Assembly (NCBI GenBank): GCA_043754515.1
Contig: JAYUUO010000084.1
Span: 1 to 46,657, forward strand
From: Armatimonadota bacterium
Lineage (GTDB): Bacteria > Armatimonadota > Armatimonadia > Armatimonadales > Armatimonadaceae
DNA length: 46,657 nt
Reading direction: 5' to 3'
Part shown: piece after piece, positions 18,871 through 29,624 of the stretch
Layout of the letters: each line of letters starts with the position of its first letter
Numbering within the stretch: position 1 is the first letter of the stretch
Made by a program: the position numbers and the translations under genes
The notes under the pieces: model-generated
What the model was told of the DNA's origin: nothing
Seen by the model: only the letters and a program-made list of their open reading frames with translations
Databases searched by the model: none

Positions 18871-19785
18871 CTAGCCCGCTGTTGCCGCCGGGCGCGCGGC
18901 TACGCCCTCATGGGTCAACACCACGGGGGCGATGGAGTCGTCGTCGTTGAACACCAGCCGGTCAATGCAGACCACGCGGTGGTTGCCGTCCGTCTCGCCG
19001 AGCGGGCGGCGGTGGTAGCAGATCACCCACTCATCGTCCGTGCCGGGGAGTTTCAGGACCGAGTGGTGTCCCGCGCCGGTGGCGACGTCCGGGTTGTTCG
19101 TCAACACCGGGCCGCCGTACGCGAACGGCCCGAACGGGTTGTCAGCGACGCCGTACGCGGCGCGGTACGTGTGATCCGTCCAGTTCCCCTCGCTCCACAT
19201 CAGGTAGTACCGACCCCGCCGCTTGACCATGAACGGCCCTTCGACGTAGCCGGGGGCGGGCGTGATGTCGCGCGGGGCGCGGTGAACGGCGAGCAGAGTG
19301 GTGACGAGCGGCGCGACAACACAGACCCCGTGCCCGCCGTAATACAGGTACGCCTCGCCGTCATCGTCCTGGAAGCAGTGGGCGTCAATCGCCTGCGCGC
19401 CATGCAGGTAGCCGGAGATCAGCGGAATGCCGAGGGCGTCCACGAAGGGGCCGACGGGCGAGTCCGACACCGCGACGCCGATGCCCGCGCCGTCGCCCGC
19501 TGAAAAGTAGAAGAAATACTTGCCATTCTTTTCGGCGACGGACGGTGCCCACGCGGCGTAGTTCGTGGACCAGCGGACGTCCGCGAAGTCGAGGATCACG
19601 CCCTCGTTCGTCCAGTTCGTCAGGTCGCCGGACGACCAGCACTCGAAGCTGGCCTGATCCGCGGACGAGCCGGAGGTGGTCGGATAGATGTAGTAGCGAC
19701 CGGCGAAGACGTGGATCTCCGGGTCGGCGTACCATCCCGGAAATACGGGGTTGCCGCTCGTGCGCGGCGAGTTGGTCTGTTCCAT
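18871..19785 (-). CDS. Glycoside hydrolase family 43
   Basis: GNPVFPGWYADP, AWAP, AIDA, VEGP, GHHS motifs; start set at MEQTN. Confidence 0.9.
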   Translation of the reverse strand: MEQTNSPRTSGNPVFPGWYADPEIHVFAGRYYIYPTTSGSSADQASFECWSSGDLTNWTNEGVILDFADVRWSTNYAAWAPSVAEKNGKYFFYFSAGDGAGIGVAVSDSPVGPFVDALGIPLISGYLHGAQAIDAHCFQDDDGEAYLYYGGHGVCVVAPLVTTLLAVHRAPRDITPAPGYVEGPFMVKRRGRYYLMWSEGNWTDHTYRAAYGVADNPFGPFAYGGPVLTNNPDVATGAGHHSVLKLPGTDDEWVICYHRRPLGETDGNHRVVCIDRLVFNDDDSIAPVVLTHEGVAARPAATAG

Positions 19786-20086
19786 GGCAGGGAGTGTATT
19801 CGACGACGACGTGCCGTGTACCTTTTTGGATGTAGGTTGCGGCCGTAAGCGGGTGAGTGGTCCAGTCGCGGGGGACCCCGTACTTTGGGGACGGCGGGCC
19901 GCTCCCGGTCGCGAGGGGATGCCCGGTCTCGCTCCGCGTCCCGCCGGTGGAAACCGGGTCTCGCCCCGACGCCGCCGGACCACCCGATGCATTACTTTCT
20001 GCCCCAAGCCCTTCTATGAACGTTTCTCGTTTCCCTACCTTTTCACGGCACATGGGGGGCGGATGACACTCCGCCTCCCCGGTCCG

Positions 20087-20329
20087 TCACGGGGCAGTTG
20101 CCCTCTTCATTGCTGCCGCCTGCTTGATTGCGTCAGCCTCACGCCCCCTAGCTTGATCACCCGCTAATGCCTGGACTCTAGCATCCATTTTGGGAGAGGA
20201 AACAGATCCCGCTCCTCCGATGGTTTTCGTGCCCCCATCCGCCGCGCCTTTGGCGCATCCACTTAACACGAAGGACATGAGCGCGACAAGCGCAAGGATA
20301 GACATATAAACATGACCCGAATGTCGCAT
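20087..20329 (-). CDS. Small lipoprotein
   Basis: Lipobox VLSGC, GGAG RBS, directly downstream of the DUF1559 gene. Confidence 0.6.
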   Translation of the reverse strand: MRHSGHVYMSILALVALMSFVLSGCAKGAADGGTKTIGGAGSVSSPKMDARVQALAGDQARGREADAIKQAAAMKRATAP

Positions 20330-20341
20330 TGGACTCCCCTC

Positions 20342-21214
20342 CTAGTACGGGTTGCCGTCGAGGCTCTCATACGGTCCCTTGCTGTAGATGTTCTTGAACC
20401 AACTCAACTGGCCGCGGGGTACCGATTTTACATGCCCGTCAATGAACAGCGTATTGCATGTTTTGGCGTGTCGGAATCGGGGCAAGTTCGCCGGGCTAGG
20501 GCCGTAATTGGCGTACGCCACGTTGCCATTCGCATCCACATCATATTTCAATTCGAAGTGGTTCTCCGGTGAAGTGGGCTGACCGTTCGTCATCCCGATC
20601 CAGCCCGCCCAGTTCCATTGCGCCGGATCAACCAGCGGCTGGGCATAGCTGACGCCGGCTGGCGAGACATACGCCTCACCCTTTTCAAGGATTAGCATCT
20701 TCTCAGATGGGCTATCAATGTCTGACAGTCCGACGGTTATGATCTGGTAGTTGGAAGTGGTAGTTGCCTGATACGTCCCATCTCCATTGCGACAGACGAC
20801 CCAGTTGACGCCGTACTCCGCGGTCTGTTGCGAGGGGAACGAGGGGCAGCTCCAAATCCCGCCGAGGCCATAGCGATATACCGTTCCTTTGACGGTGTTG
20901 CTGGAATCGCCGTTCTGGACATACGGATAGATAGCCGACGACCAGATGATGGGTAATCCGTTCACATCGTAATATTGGAGCATTGGGAACGACTCGTCGT
21001 AGTCCTGGACATACATCATCATCGCGGTGCCCATCTGCTTCTCGTTGGAGATACAGCTGGTCTGCCGGGCTTTTTCGCGCGCCTGGGCGAACACGGGGAA
21101 CAGGATGGCAGCGAGGATTGCGATTATCGCGATCACGACGAGCAACTCGATGAGCGTGAAACCGCTCCGCGCGGTGGGCGCGTTGGTTGACGACTTGGGT
21201 TGGGAAGTAGACAT
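20342..21214 (-). CDS. Prepilin-type N-terminal cleavage/methylation + DUF1559 / H-X9-DG protein
   Basis: [69 protein letters not shown] before ATG 21214. Confidence 0.93.
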   Translation of the reverse strand: MSTSQPKSSTNAPTARSGFTLIELLVVIAIIAILAAILFPVFAQAREKARQTSCISNEKQMGTAMMMYVQDYDESFPMLQYYDVNGLPIIWSSAIYPYVQNGDSSNTVKGTVYRYGLGGIWSCPSFPSQQTAEYGVNWVVCRNGDGTYQATTTSNYQIITVGLSDIDSPSEKMLILEKGEAYVSPAGVSYAQPLVDPAQWNWAGWIGMTNGQPTSPENHFELKYDVDANGNVAYANYGPSPANLPRFRHAKTCNTLFIDGHVKSVPRGQLSWFKNIYSKGPYESLDGNPY

Positions 21215-21388
21215 GCTATTTTTCCTTTTAGGTGAATCACCTACCGTTAGGCAGCGTTCTTGCGAACACTGTAGAGAAAGAAGCAACGACCGTGTTGCCG
21301 AATACCGTCGGTGAGATTTGAGGCGGGACATCTCTGTCTGTTGACTTATGACCTGGACTGTCGCGGTGCCGAACTGCATACCCGCGAA

Positions 21389-22492
21389 CTACTTTATAAC
21401 CGGCGCGCAACCCCTTTCTCCCAGCATCGGGGCCGTGGAGTCGCGCACGATTAAATGCGCTTGCAAAACAATGTCCGAGACGGCTTCGCCGTTCGCCAGG
21501 CGTACCAGCGACTCGGCTGCCACTCGCCCTAGTTCCACCCGCGACTGGCGCACCGTTGTCAGAGCGGGCGAGATATAATCGCCGACGGAAAAATCGCCGA
21601 AGCCGATCACCGAGAGATCCCGAGGCATACAAAGCCCCTTCTCACGCGCCGCTTTCATCGCACCGATAGCGGACAGGTCGCTTGCGCACACTATCGCGGA
21701 CGGCGGATCGGACGACGCGAATAAGGCTTTGGCTGCCTCGTACCCCCGCCACTCCTGAAAACCTCCTCCGAACTCGATAGCGTTATGTAGTCCATGTCGC
21801 CGTACCGCCTGTCGGAAGCCCTGCGCCCGATCCGCCCCGTCCAGATTGCCGAAGTCGCCCGCGAGAAAACCGATCCGCTGATGCCCGAGCGCGACCAGAT
21901 AGTCAACCGCCATTTCCACGCCAGACGCGTCGTCTATCCGAACGCACGGGATCGAGCGGCGACCCGTATAATGGTTGATCGCCAACACCCGGTGTCCGCC
22001 GTCACGCAATCGCTCCACGAGTTTTTGCTGGGCATCCTCTAGCAACAAACAGGCAATCGCCGAACCGGGTTCGAGTACGCCAGGGCGTTCCGCCTCATCG
22101 TAATGTATGCACGGCGTACGGTGCCCCGACGTCTCGGTTGCCTGCTGAAACCCTTCCCATAGATCGGGGAAATAGGCGGGATCAATGCGTTGCCAGTTCG
22201 CCGGGAATAAGAGCACCATCGGACACCGGGTGCTGGGTTCCGCGACGGGCTCCTCGTTCCCCGCAACGAAGGTCCCCTTCCCGCGAACCCGGATGAGCAC
22301 TCCTTCTTCGAGCAGATTCGCGACCGCCTGGCGCATCGTCAGGTAAGCGACCTGGAACCGACCGGCCAACTCGTATTCGCCCGGCAATCGGTCGCCCGTT
22401 CGCCACAGGCCGGATGCAATCTCTTGCCGGAGGGCGAGCTCGATCTGTCGGTACTTCAGGACCGGGGTGGGTTTAGTTTTCGTCGCTACCAT
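21389..22492 (-). CDS. GntR-HTH / LacI-type sugar-binding transcriptional regulator (AraR-like)
   Basis: GDRLPGEYELA..RGKGTFV then LGHQRIGF, DLSAIG, PALTTVRQ. Confidence 0.9.
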   Translation of the reverse strand: MVATKTKPTPVLKYRQIELALRQEIASGLWRTGDRLPGEYELAGRFQVAYLTMRQAVANLLEEGVLIRVRGKGTFVAGNEEPVAEPSTRCPMVLLFPANWQRIDPAYFPDLWEGFQQATETSGHRTPCIHYDEAERPGVLEPGSAIACLLLEDAQQKLVERLRDGGHRVLAINHYTGRRSIPCVRIDDASGVEMAVDYLVALGHQRIGFLAGDFGNLDGADRAQGFRQAVRRHGLHNAIEFGGGFQEWRGYEAAKALFASSDPPSAIVCASDLSAIGAMKAAREKGLCMPRDLSVIGFGDFSVGDYISPALTTVRQSRVELGRVAAESLVRLANGEAVSDIVLQAHLIVRDSTAPMLGERGCAPVIK

Positions 22493-22503
22493 GAGACATT
22501 TCC

Positions 22504-22571
22504 GCAACTTCTATATATACGGGGATTATTCCACACGTCTGCTAGTATGTCAATAGCAACTTCTATATATA
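22504..22571 (-). promoter_or_regulatory. Sigma70 promoter flanked by two 16-bp direct repeats (probable operators)
   Basis: Minus-strand TTGACA (22553-22548), 17 nt, AATAAT (22530-22525); GCAACTTCTATATATA at 22504-22519 and 22556-22571. Confidence 0.7.
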
Positions 22572-22815
22572 TTGTTAGCGACCCGAACCCGACTCTTTTT
22601 TTGATCACTCTATCACCGGGAGCGCGAGAATGGCGACGCGACAAGCGTTGCCGCCGTCTCAATAGGGTCACTCTGGCGGCTAGGTTTCGGGGGCCTCGCT
22701 CGTCACGGCGGGCCGGTGTATAGACGTTACCCGCCCCTGGCACAATAATTGCGTCCGAAGCGAGAGCGGGACATTTCCCGCGATTCGCCGGTTCGCGAAA
22801 GGAATCCACTACCTC

Positions 22816-23775
22816 ATGCGTTTTCTCCATCCCCTGCTCGCCGTTCTCCTGGTCGCGCCTATAATCGCGCTACCCGTCGCCGCGCACGCCGATAATCCCG
22901 GCGTCGTGGTTGTCCCCAACCCGTCCGTGTATAAACAGATCATTGCCATCTCCGACGTTCACGGCCACAAGGGCCACGCGCAAACCCTGCTCCGGAACGT
23001 GGGGGTTATCAATGCCACTGGGCATTGGGTCGGCGGTAAGACGCTCGTCGTGGTAGTAGGCGACAACATAGACAAAGGCGAGGACAGTGTCGGCGTGCTA
23101 CGGATGTGGATCGCGCTACAGAGCGAGGCCCCGCGTGTCGGCGGGCGCGTCATAACGCTACTCGGTAACCACGAGGCCGAGTTTCTACAGAATCCGTCCG
23201 CGAAGAAGTCCGCCGGGTTCGTTGAGCAGGCGCGAGCCGCCGGGTTGACCGTCGAGGCGTTGACCGCTGACTCCGCCCCTATCGGTCATTTCTTGCGACA
23301 GATGCCGGTGGCGGCGCGGATCGGCAAATGGGCGTTCTGCCACGCCGGGTGGGTGCCCGACGAGTCGTTGCAATCGTTCACCACGCGGGCACGCGCGGTG
23401 GTTACGCGCGGCGCGTACGGCGACCCTCTCCTACTCGCTGACGATTCCGTGCTAGAAAAGAAGACCGACAAGGACGGCGTGAAGTGGTACGACAACCCCG
23501 CGGAGATCACCGAACTCGAACGCCGGTTGACGAAAGACGGGCTGTTCGGGGTGGTCATGGGTCACCAGCCGGACGCGTTCGAGATGGGCGACGACGTCGG
23601 CATCTATAAAGACGGGCGTATTATCAAGGTGGATAGCGGTATGGCAGACGGGAAGAAGAGCGCGGGCAACCCCGGTCATCTGCTCCTGATCGCGAGCCCC
23701 GCCGAACTCGGTGCCTGGAAGCGTCCACAGAGATTTTACTCCGTCTCGCTCGCAGGGGCGCGGCGGCACTTGTAA
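22816..23775 (+). CDS. Secreted calcineurin-like metallophosphoesterase (Shewanella-like phosphatase type)
   Basis: Signal peptide AHA; DVHG, GDNIDKG, GNHE, HAG, GH motifs. Confidence 0.85.
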   Translation: MRFLHPLLAVLLVAPIIALPVAAHADNPGVVVVPNPSVYKQIIAISDVHGHKGHAQTLLRNVGVINATGHWVGGKTLVVVVGDNIDKGEDSVGVLRMWIALQSEAPRVGGRVITLLGNHEAEFLQNPSAKKSAGFVEQARAAGLTVEALTADSAPIGHFLRQMPVAARIGKWAFCHAGWVPDESLQSFTTRARAVVTRGAYGDPLLLADDSVLEKKTDKDGVKWYDNPAEITELERRLTKDGLFGVVMGHQPDAFEMGDDVGIYKDGRIIKVDSGMADGKKSAGNPGHLLLIASPAELGAWKRPQRFYSVSLAGARRHL

Positions 23776-23848
23776 CTTGTTGTGCGGAGCGTCACTGTCC
23801 CGTTTGTAATCCGCTTGTGCCGACCCTCGAAGGTTACAAACGGACGAT

Positions 23849-25792
23849 CTAATCAGAGACCGCGTCTAGCACCTCGCCGAACGAACGGTTTTCCAGTGTC
23901 CCGAACAGCGGCAGTTTCGTGATACGCGCCTTCGTCAGCGCAGGCGACGACAAGCCGCACAGGAACCGCGCCAGCTGTCGGGCGGTTCCCAGCGCGTCCG
24001 GGTACTGTGTTTGTAGCGTCGCGGCCTCCTGCAAGACCTGGTCCGCTATCGGGGGCAACTCGCTCGCGACCGGCAACACCTGCCTTTTTCCGGTCAGACA
24101 GAACGTGCAGTGGCCGCAGGGCGCGTCGCGAACCTCGCCGAAGTAGCCGATCAGGTCGTTTACCTGGCAGCCGTCGTGCGTCACGAGTTCCAGCACCTGC
24201 CGTAGCCGCTTGATCTCGCTTTCCTCGCGCCGCACGAACCGCTCCATCAGTTCCTCGGTGATCACGGTCGCATCCTCTTCGGGGCGCAGACGCGTGAACA
24301 CCTGCCGCGTGTCGCTCGCCCGCAGTTCGATGTAGCCGCGTTCCGCCATCACGTCCAGGGCGCGGGTGACGCGCTTGCGCTCCACGCCGAGGGTATTCGC
24401 AGCGTCATCGGGGTTCAGCGAGTACCAGATTTTGCCGAGTTTCGCCGCGCCGAAAACGTCGCGAGCCAGCCCACCCGCCGGGCCGGGGAACGCGGCGGCG
24501 ATAGTTTCTACCGTATGCGGCGCGTTGACACGGAACTCGTACCCAGCGTAGAACGGCGTGCCTTGCTTTAACACACCCATCAGTTCGAGGTAGGTCATCA
24601 CGGTCCTCATGACAAGAATCCGTATGTCGAAGCGGACCGAGTAGTCGTATAGAGCGAGGTCGAACCGATCCCCTTGCGTTAACAGATGCGTGATTAGCAC
24701 GAGTATCGCCGCGTAGGTCGGCGTGTCACCGTACGCGAAGTTCTGAAGCGTCGGCACGTCATCGGGGCACGCGAGTAACTCCACGGTGGACCGCTCGCCG
24801 TCGCGCCCCGCCCGCCCGATCTCCTGTGAGTACGATTCGAGCGAGTGGGGCAGGTTGTAGTGGTAGACGTAGCGCACGTTCGACTTGTCAATGCCCATGC
24901 CGAACGCGATGGTCGCTACCACGATGGCGGAATCCGACGCCATGAATGCGTCCTGGACCGATGCCCGTATTTCGTTGTCCATGCCCGCGTGGTACGCAGT
25001 CGCGCCGAAGCCGTTTGACGCCAGGAACGCCGCGACCCGCTCCGCCGTTTTCTGGAGCGTGACGTACACGATAGTCGGGCCAGGCTTGCGCTTCTGGAGC
25101 CGCGACAGGAGCAGCTCGTCCCGGCGTTGCGCGGAGACGGGCGTGGTCGCGAAGCGCAGGTTGGGCCGGTAGAAGCCGGTGATCACGGTATCTTGCGGCG
25201 CGATGTCGAACGCCTTGCGGATATCCTCGGCGACGCTTGGGGTGGCGGTCGCGGTGAGTGCAAGGGCGCGTTCAGCCCCCAACGTGCGGGCGGTCTCGGC
25301 GAGCTTGAGGTAGTCGGGTCGGAAGTTGTGACCCCACTCCGAGATGCAGTGCGCCTCGTCCACGGCGAACAGGGAGAGATGGGTACGCGACAGGAGCGAT
25401 AGGAACCGCTCGTTGTTGAACCGCTCCGGCGAGACGTACAGGAGTTTCAAAGATCCGTCGAGCATCCCCGCTTCCACGGCTTTAGTCTCGTCTAGCGTCA
25501 GAGTTGAGTCGAGGCGGGCCGCCGCGATGCCGTGTCGGCGCAGGAAGTCAATCTGATCCTTCATCAGTGCGATCAGTGGGGACACGACAAGCGTTACGCC
25601 GGGGAACGCCAGCGCGGGCAACTGGTAGCACAGAGACTTGCCGCCGCCGGTCGGGAACACGGCGAGCGCGGATCGCCCGGCGAGTAGCGCACAGATCACC
25701 CGCTCCTGCCCCCCCTTGAACTCGCTCCAGCCGAACTGCTCAAGGAGTAGGTCGGATGGGTCTATGTCTATCGGCGTGGGGGAGGTGTCCAT
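23849..25792 (-). CDS. recQ: RecQ-family ATP-dependent DNA helicase
   Basis: PTGGGKSLCYQLP, DEAHCISEWGHNFRP, TATA, QEIGRAGRDG, Zn-binding CGHC. Extended -10 TGCTACAAT just upstream suggests a leaderless start. Confidence 0.93.
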   Translation of the reverse strand: MDTSPTPIDIDPSDLLLEQFGWSEFKGGQERVICALLAGRSALAVFPTGGGKSLCYQLPALAFPGVTLVVSPLIALMKDQIDFLRRHGIAAARLDSTLTLDETKAVEAGMLDGSLKLLYVSPERFNNERFLSLLSRTHLSLFAVDEAHCISEWGHNFRPDYLKLAETARTLGAERALALTATATPSVAEDIRKAFDIAPQDTVITGFYRPNLRFATTPVSAQRRDELLLSRLQKRKPGPTIVYVTLQKTAERVAAFLASNGFGATAYHAGMDNEIRASVQDAFMASDSAIVVATIAFGMGIDKSNVRYVYHYNLPHSLESYSQEIGRAGRDGERSTVELLACPDDVPTLQNFAYGDTPTYAAILVLITHLLTQGDRFDLALYDYSVRFDIRILVMRTVMTYLELMGVLKQGTPFYAGYEFRVNAPHTVETIAAAFPGPAGGLARDVFGAAKLGKIWYSLNPDDAANTLGVERKRVTRALDVMAERGYIELRASDTRQVFTRLRPEEDATVITEELMERFVRREESEIKRLRQVLELVTHDGCQVNDLIGYFGEVRDAPCGHCTFCLTGKRQVLPVASELPPIADQVLQEAATLQTQYPDALGTARQLARFLCGLSSPALTKARITKLPLFGTLENRSFGEVLDAVSD

Positions 25793-25842
25793 AACCGTAT
25801 TGTAGCATGACAAGCCGAGGACAGGTTAACTGCCTGAAATCA

Positions 25843-25901
25843 TTCAACCGAATAGTTGACGACTGCTACAATCGCGGGTATCGTTCAACCAAATGGTTAA
25901 A
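25843..25901 (+). promoter_or_regulatory. Two palindromic ArsR-type operators
   Basis: TTCAACCgaatAGTTGAC (25843-25860) and TTCAACCaaatGGTTAAA (25884-25901), the latter overlapping the start codon. Confidence 0.7.
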
Positions 25902-26228
25902 TCACGCGAAGCACCGCTCGACTTTGTCTTTCATGCGCTGTCGGACCCGACGCGGCGCACTATTTTGCGCGAGGTGGCAACGGGCGAGAGGACGGTAGGC
26001 GAAGTAGCGCGACCCTACGCCATGTCTCTCGCGGCTGTCTCGAAGCACCTTAACGTACTCGAATCGGCGGGTTTAATACTGCGCGAGAAGCGCGGGAGTC
26101 GTCAGGTCATCCACCTTCAGGCGCATGCCTTGCGGGAGGCTGACCAATGGCTCCGCTTCTACGAAAACTTCTGGAACGAGAGTCTGGATGCCTTGAAGAG
26201 CCAACTCGAAGAAGAAGACAATGAGTGA
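25893..26228 (+). CDS. ArsR/SmtB family regulator
   Basis: VFHALSDPTRRTIL, MSLAAVSKHLNVLESAGLI. Confidence 0.92.
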   Translation: MVKSREAPLDFVFHALSDPTRRTILREVATGERTVGEVARPYAMSLAAVSKHLNVLESAGLILREKRGSRQVIHLQAHALREADQWLRFYENFWNESLDALKSQLEEEDNE

Positions 26229-27144
26229 TAGTTTATGTTTACGGTTGACGCGGGTCATCAAAACACCGCGCACGAAGTGCTTCGCTGTTTGGACGAAGCC
26301 CGAACTACTCGCGAGCTACCTCGCGTCGGCCCCGATGACAGTTTCCGAAGCGACGGGTGAGGCACACATTGGCGGGGAGTACCGCATCGCGCTAAAGGGC
26401 TCGTCGGCTGATGGTAAGTACGTGGACGCCGTGGTGACAGGCACGTACACGGAGATCGTGTCCGACGAGCGGATTACGTTCACCTGGAAATTGCTCGACG
26501 ACTCGCGGCTGGAAACGATAGTGACGGTCGAGTTCCGGGATGTGGAGGAGGGAACGGAACTAATACTGACCCATTCCGGGTTCACGAACGAGGAGTCGTT
26601 CGCGCGGCATGGTCAGGGATGGGAGGCGTGCCTCGAAAAGATGGGGCGTTCCTTGGACGACGCCGGGTATGAGTTTCGGGTTGACGAGAACGCGGACAAG
26701 CCGGGGCAGGCACACGGCTACGCACGGACGCTCTCTATCTCGGCACCTTGCGAGACAGTGTTCGACGCGCTCGCGACGCTTGATGGCCCGAAGGACTGGT
26801 GGACGCCGCTCGTGACCGGTTCCGCCGAGACAGGCAGCACCTTACGTTTCGATTTTCAAGGGGTAGACGGGTATACCCTGATGCGAGTTGACCATGCAGT
26901 CCGCCCGAGCTCCGTTCAGTGGACTTGTGTCGGGGCGACGCTTCTGCCGGATTGGATCGGCACAGTGATCGAGTTCGACCTGACCGAACGCGGCCCCGGT
27001 GGTTGCGAACTGCGCTTCCGACATCGCGGCTTGACGCCAGCACTGGAGTGTTTCGACCTGTGTGAGTCCGGTTGGAACTACTACCTCCCGAGCCTCAAAG
27101 CATATGCGGAGACGGGGCAGGGAACGCTGGTAGGGCGAGGATAG
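26221..27144 (+). CDS. Tandem SRPBCC/AHSA1 domain protein
   Basis: Two units ending GTELILTH..HGQGW and CELRFRH..SGWNYYL; overlaps ArsR stop. Confidence 0.88.
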   Translation: MSDSLCLRLTRVIKTPRTKCFAVWTKPELLASYLASAPMTVSEATGEAHIGGEYRIALKGSSADGKYVDAVVTGTYTEIVSDERITFTWKLLDDSRLETIVTVEFRDVEEGTELILTHSGFTNEESFARHGQGWEACLEKMGRSLDDAGYEFRVDENADKPGQAHGYARTLSISAPCETVFDALATLDGPKDWWTPLVTGSAETGSTLRFDFQGVDGYTLMRVDHAVRPSSVQWTCVGATLLPDWIGTVIEFDLTERGPGGCELRFRHRGLTPALECFDLCESGWNYYLPSLKAYAETGQGTLVGRG

Positions 27145-27185
27145 CGGCGTCGGGCCTATCGGCATCCCCTGAGCGATGTGTAAGT

Positions 27186-27806
27186 CTACGGCTTCTTCGT
27201 GAGCAAGTCAGAGACCGCGACGACTATGTTCGGCGCGAAGGACAGCGAAAAGAAATCTCCCTCGTCGAAATCGTGGCGCATGTACTTGCCGTTCAGTGGG
27301 TCGGTGTGTACGTAGATTTTGCGCTCGGGGAGGCTGATCACCCAGTATTCGGGAATGGCGGCACGGGCGAGCAGTCTTACCTTGATGTCAAGATCAAGGG
27401 GAAGCATGGCACTCGACACCGTTACAACGAGTTGCACGTCTTCCGCGTTCTGGGACATTGGCCAGAGATGCTTTCGGGGTTTCTCGGAGACTTGCGTTCC
27501 TCTTGTGACGACATGATCCAGGCAAGGGAGATTGTGGGCACGATCCTCCTCGGCAACATCAACGTATAGTTGTGTCTAATAAGGACGCTGCTCAAAGTTA
27601 CTTGAGAGGATTCGCTGACACTCGACATGGGGTGCCGGGTACTGTGTGCTATAGCAACCAGTTGATACAATCATGCCATTTATCAACTGGCAGAAATGTG
27701 GCAATAGCCCTGCTTCGAAAAGGGTTTGGAAATCTTCGCGGGTCCACGGAACGGCGTGTGGTAAATATTCCCCCGCGTTAGCGGGGACGATTTCCATAGG
27801 TTGCAT
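27186..27806 (-). pseudogene. Uma2 family endonuclease, degenerate, in-frame TAG at 27576-27578
   Basis: WTREDF..QLINGMI, then PY*TQLYVDVAEED.., continuing in frame into AEDVQLVVTVS..AIPEYWVI. Confidence 0.75.
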
Positions 27807-27845
27807 GGATTTTTTGTCTCCTCGTAGGGGCGCGGCGCGAACCTC

Positions 27846-28100
27846 TTACAGGCGATCCAGCAGATCGTCGAACACGCCGCTTTCGATTTTGCCTTGAAGT
27901 TCCGACCAGAAGACGTAAATCGAGCCGCCCGCCCCCTCCTGCCCGATGAGTTGGTACTCGTGGACGTACTGCGTGATGCGCCGCTCGACCTCCTTGATCA
28001 GGGCGTTGTCACGGGCGTCCGACTGGCGGGGCGCGGCTCCGGGGCGACGCTTAAGAGCGTCGTACGTACGAACGGCGGCGAGTGAGATGCGAAGGGACAT
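27846..28100 (-). CDS. Hypothetical protein
   Basis: 84-aa ORF with host-like codon use; no family recognised. Confidence 0.5.
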   Translation of the reverse strand: MSLRISLAAVRTYDALKRRPGAAPRQSDARDNALIKEVERRITQYVHEYQLIGQEGAGGSIYVFWSELQGKIESGVFDDLLDRL

Positions 28101-28386
28101 AGGGGATTACGCTCTATCCAAGGTTAGCAGGCGCGGGTATCGCGCCTGCTTCCAGCAACACACGGGGCAGGTTTATTGCCCTTATCGCGCCCGCGATTAT
28201 TATAGCCGATTTCCGACGGGCGCATGCGTTGTGGGAACGGCGTAGTTCGGGCGCGGGCGTGGTTGCAGGGGGTCGGTGGGTCGGCGGTTTCCTTCTCTTC
28301 GCCGCGTGGCCGCGCGGCGAAGAGGGGTAAACGACCAGAGCGGGGGCCGCAGCTAAGCACTCCGTGATAAAATCCCCATCACGCGC

Positions 28387-29598
28387 ATGACGAAACGGAC
28401 ACACAACGCCGCGCTTCTACTTGTCGGCATCCTCCTGGTTGCGGCGGCGCCCGCCCGTCCCGCGCCGCCCCCCCCGCCGCGCCATATCCTCGCGCATTAC
28501 ATGCCGTGGTTCACGTCCGACCCCTTTCACAAAAACTGGGGGTGGCACTGGACAATGGGGCACTACAACCCGGAGCACGTCGTCAGCGGGCGCGCCGACG
28601 CCGCCTCGCGTTACCGCCCGCTCATCGGCCTGTATGACTCCGGCGACCCGGATGTTCTTGAGTATCAGGTGCTCCAAATGAAGTTCGCGGGGATTGACGG
28701 GCTGGTCATTGACTGGTACGGCACCGACGATTATCTGGACTACGTCACGAACCACCGCAACGCGCTCCGCCTCATCCCGCTGCTCAAAAAAGCGGGGTTG
28801 CAATTCGCGGTAATGTACGAGGAGCAGACGGTGCCGAAACTGCTCGCCGCGCATCGCCTGCCGAATGACGACCGATTGGCGCACGGGAAAGCGGTTCTCG
28901 GCTGGCTCGGAGCGAACTGGTTTGCCGATCCCGCCTATCTGAAGCGGAACTCTCGACCTGTCTTTATGGTGTTCGGCAGTGGATATTACACCGGCGGCGA
29001 GTGGTCGCGGATATTCGCGCCACCGACACTGGCCGCGCCGCCCTGTTTTTACACGGAGGCGGACTCCCGCCCGCCTGCTGTCGGCGGCTTCGACTGGCCT
29101 CATCCATCGGGGGGCACGGAGGCCGCGCTCCGCGCACAGGATGAGTTTTACGGCCGGGTTAAGCTGTGGTCGGACTTCGTCCCGGTCGCCTTCCCGCGAT
29201 TCGAGGATGTGTACGCGGACGCCGGGGTTCACGCGTCCTGGGGAAGCATAGCGGATAAAGACGGAAGCACCTACAAGCATACGCTGGAGCGGGCGCTCCA
29301 GAGCGGTGCCGACCTGATTCAGATCGCGACTTGGAACGATTGGGGCGAAGGAACCATGATCGAGCCGTCGGTCGAGTTCGGCTACCGGGATCTGGAGGCG
29401 ACGCAGACGTTGCGCTGCCACTACCTCGACCCTACATTCGCGTACACGGCGGCGGATCTCCGACTACCTATTGCGCTCTTCGGCTTGCGCAAAAGGTACC
29501 ACGGCGACACGGCGAAGACAACTCAACTCGACAGAGTATCCGCCCTACTATTCGCGGGGCGGACGAAAAAGGCACGGGCCGCGCTGGCCCGTTTCTGA
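28387..29598 (+). CDS. Glycoside hydrolase family 71/99-like secreted protein
   Basis: Signal peptide; AHYMPWF, PLIGLYDS.D, AGIDG..IDWYG, QIATWNDWGEGTMIEP. Confidence 0.85.
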   Translation: MTKRTHNAALLLVGILLVAAAPARPAPPPPPRHILAHYMPWFTSDPFHKNWGWHWTMGHYNPEHVVSGRADAASRYRPLIGLYDSGDPDVLEYQVLQMKFAGIDGLVIDWYGTDDYLDYVTNHRNALRLIPLLKKAGLQFAVMYEEQTVPKLLAAHRLPNDDRLAHGKAVLGWLGANWFADPAYLKRNSRPVFMVFGSGYYTGGEWSRIFAPPTLAAPPCFYTEADSRPPAVGGFDWPHPSGGTEAALRAQDEFYGRVKLWSDFVPVAFPRFEDVYADAGVHASWGSIADKDGSTYKHTLERALQSGADLIQIATWNDWGEGTMIEPSVEFGYRDLEATQTLRCHYLDPTFAYTAADLRLPIALFGLRKRYHGDTAKTTQLDRVSALLFAGRTKKARAALARF

Positions 29599-29624
29599 GA
29601 GCCAGCGCGAGTGTTCCGGTTTGT

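Noticed and set aside
28106..28205. Hairpins in the leader of ORF 27846..28100 as SRP RNA or riboswitch
   Set aside because: Only GGAAGCAG matches; the SRP domain IV context and any riboswitch consensus are absent.
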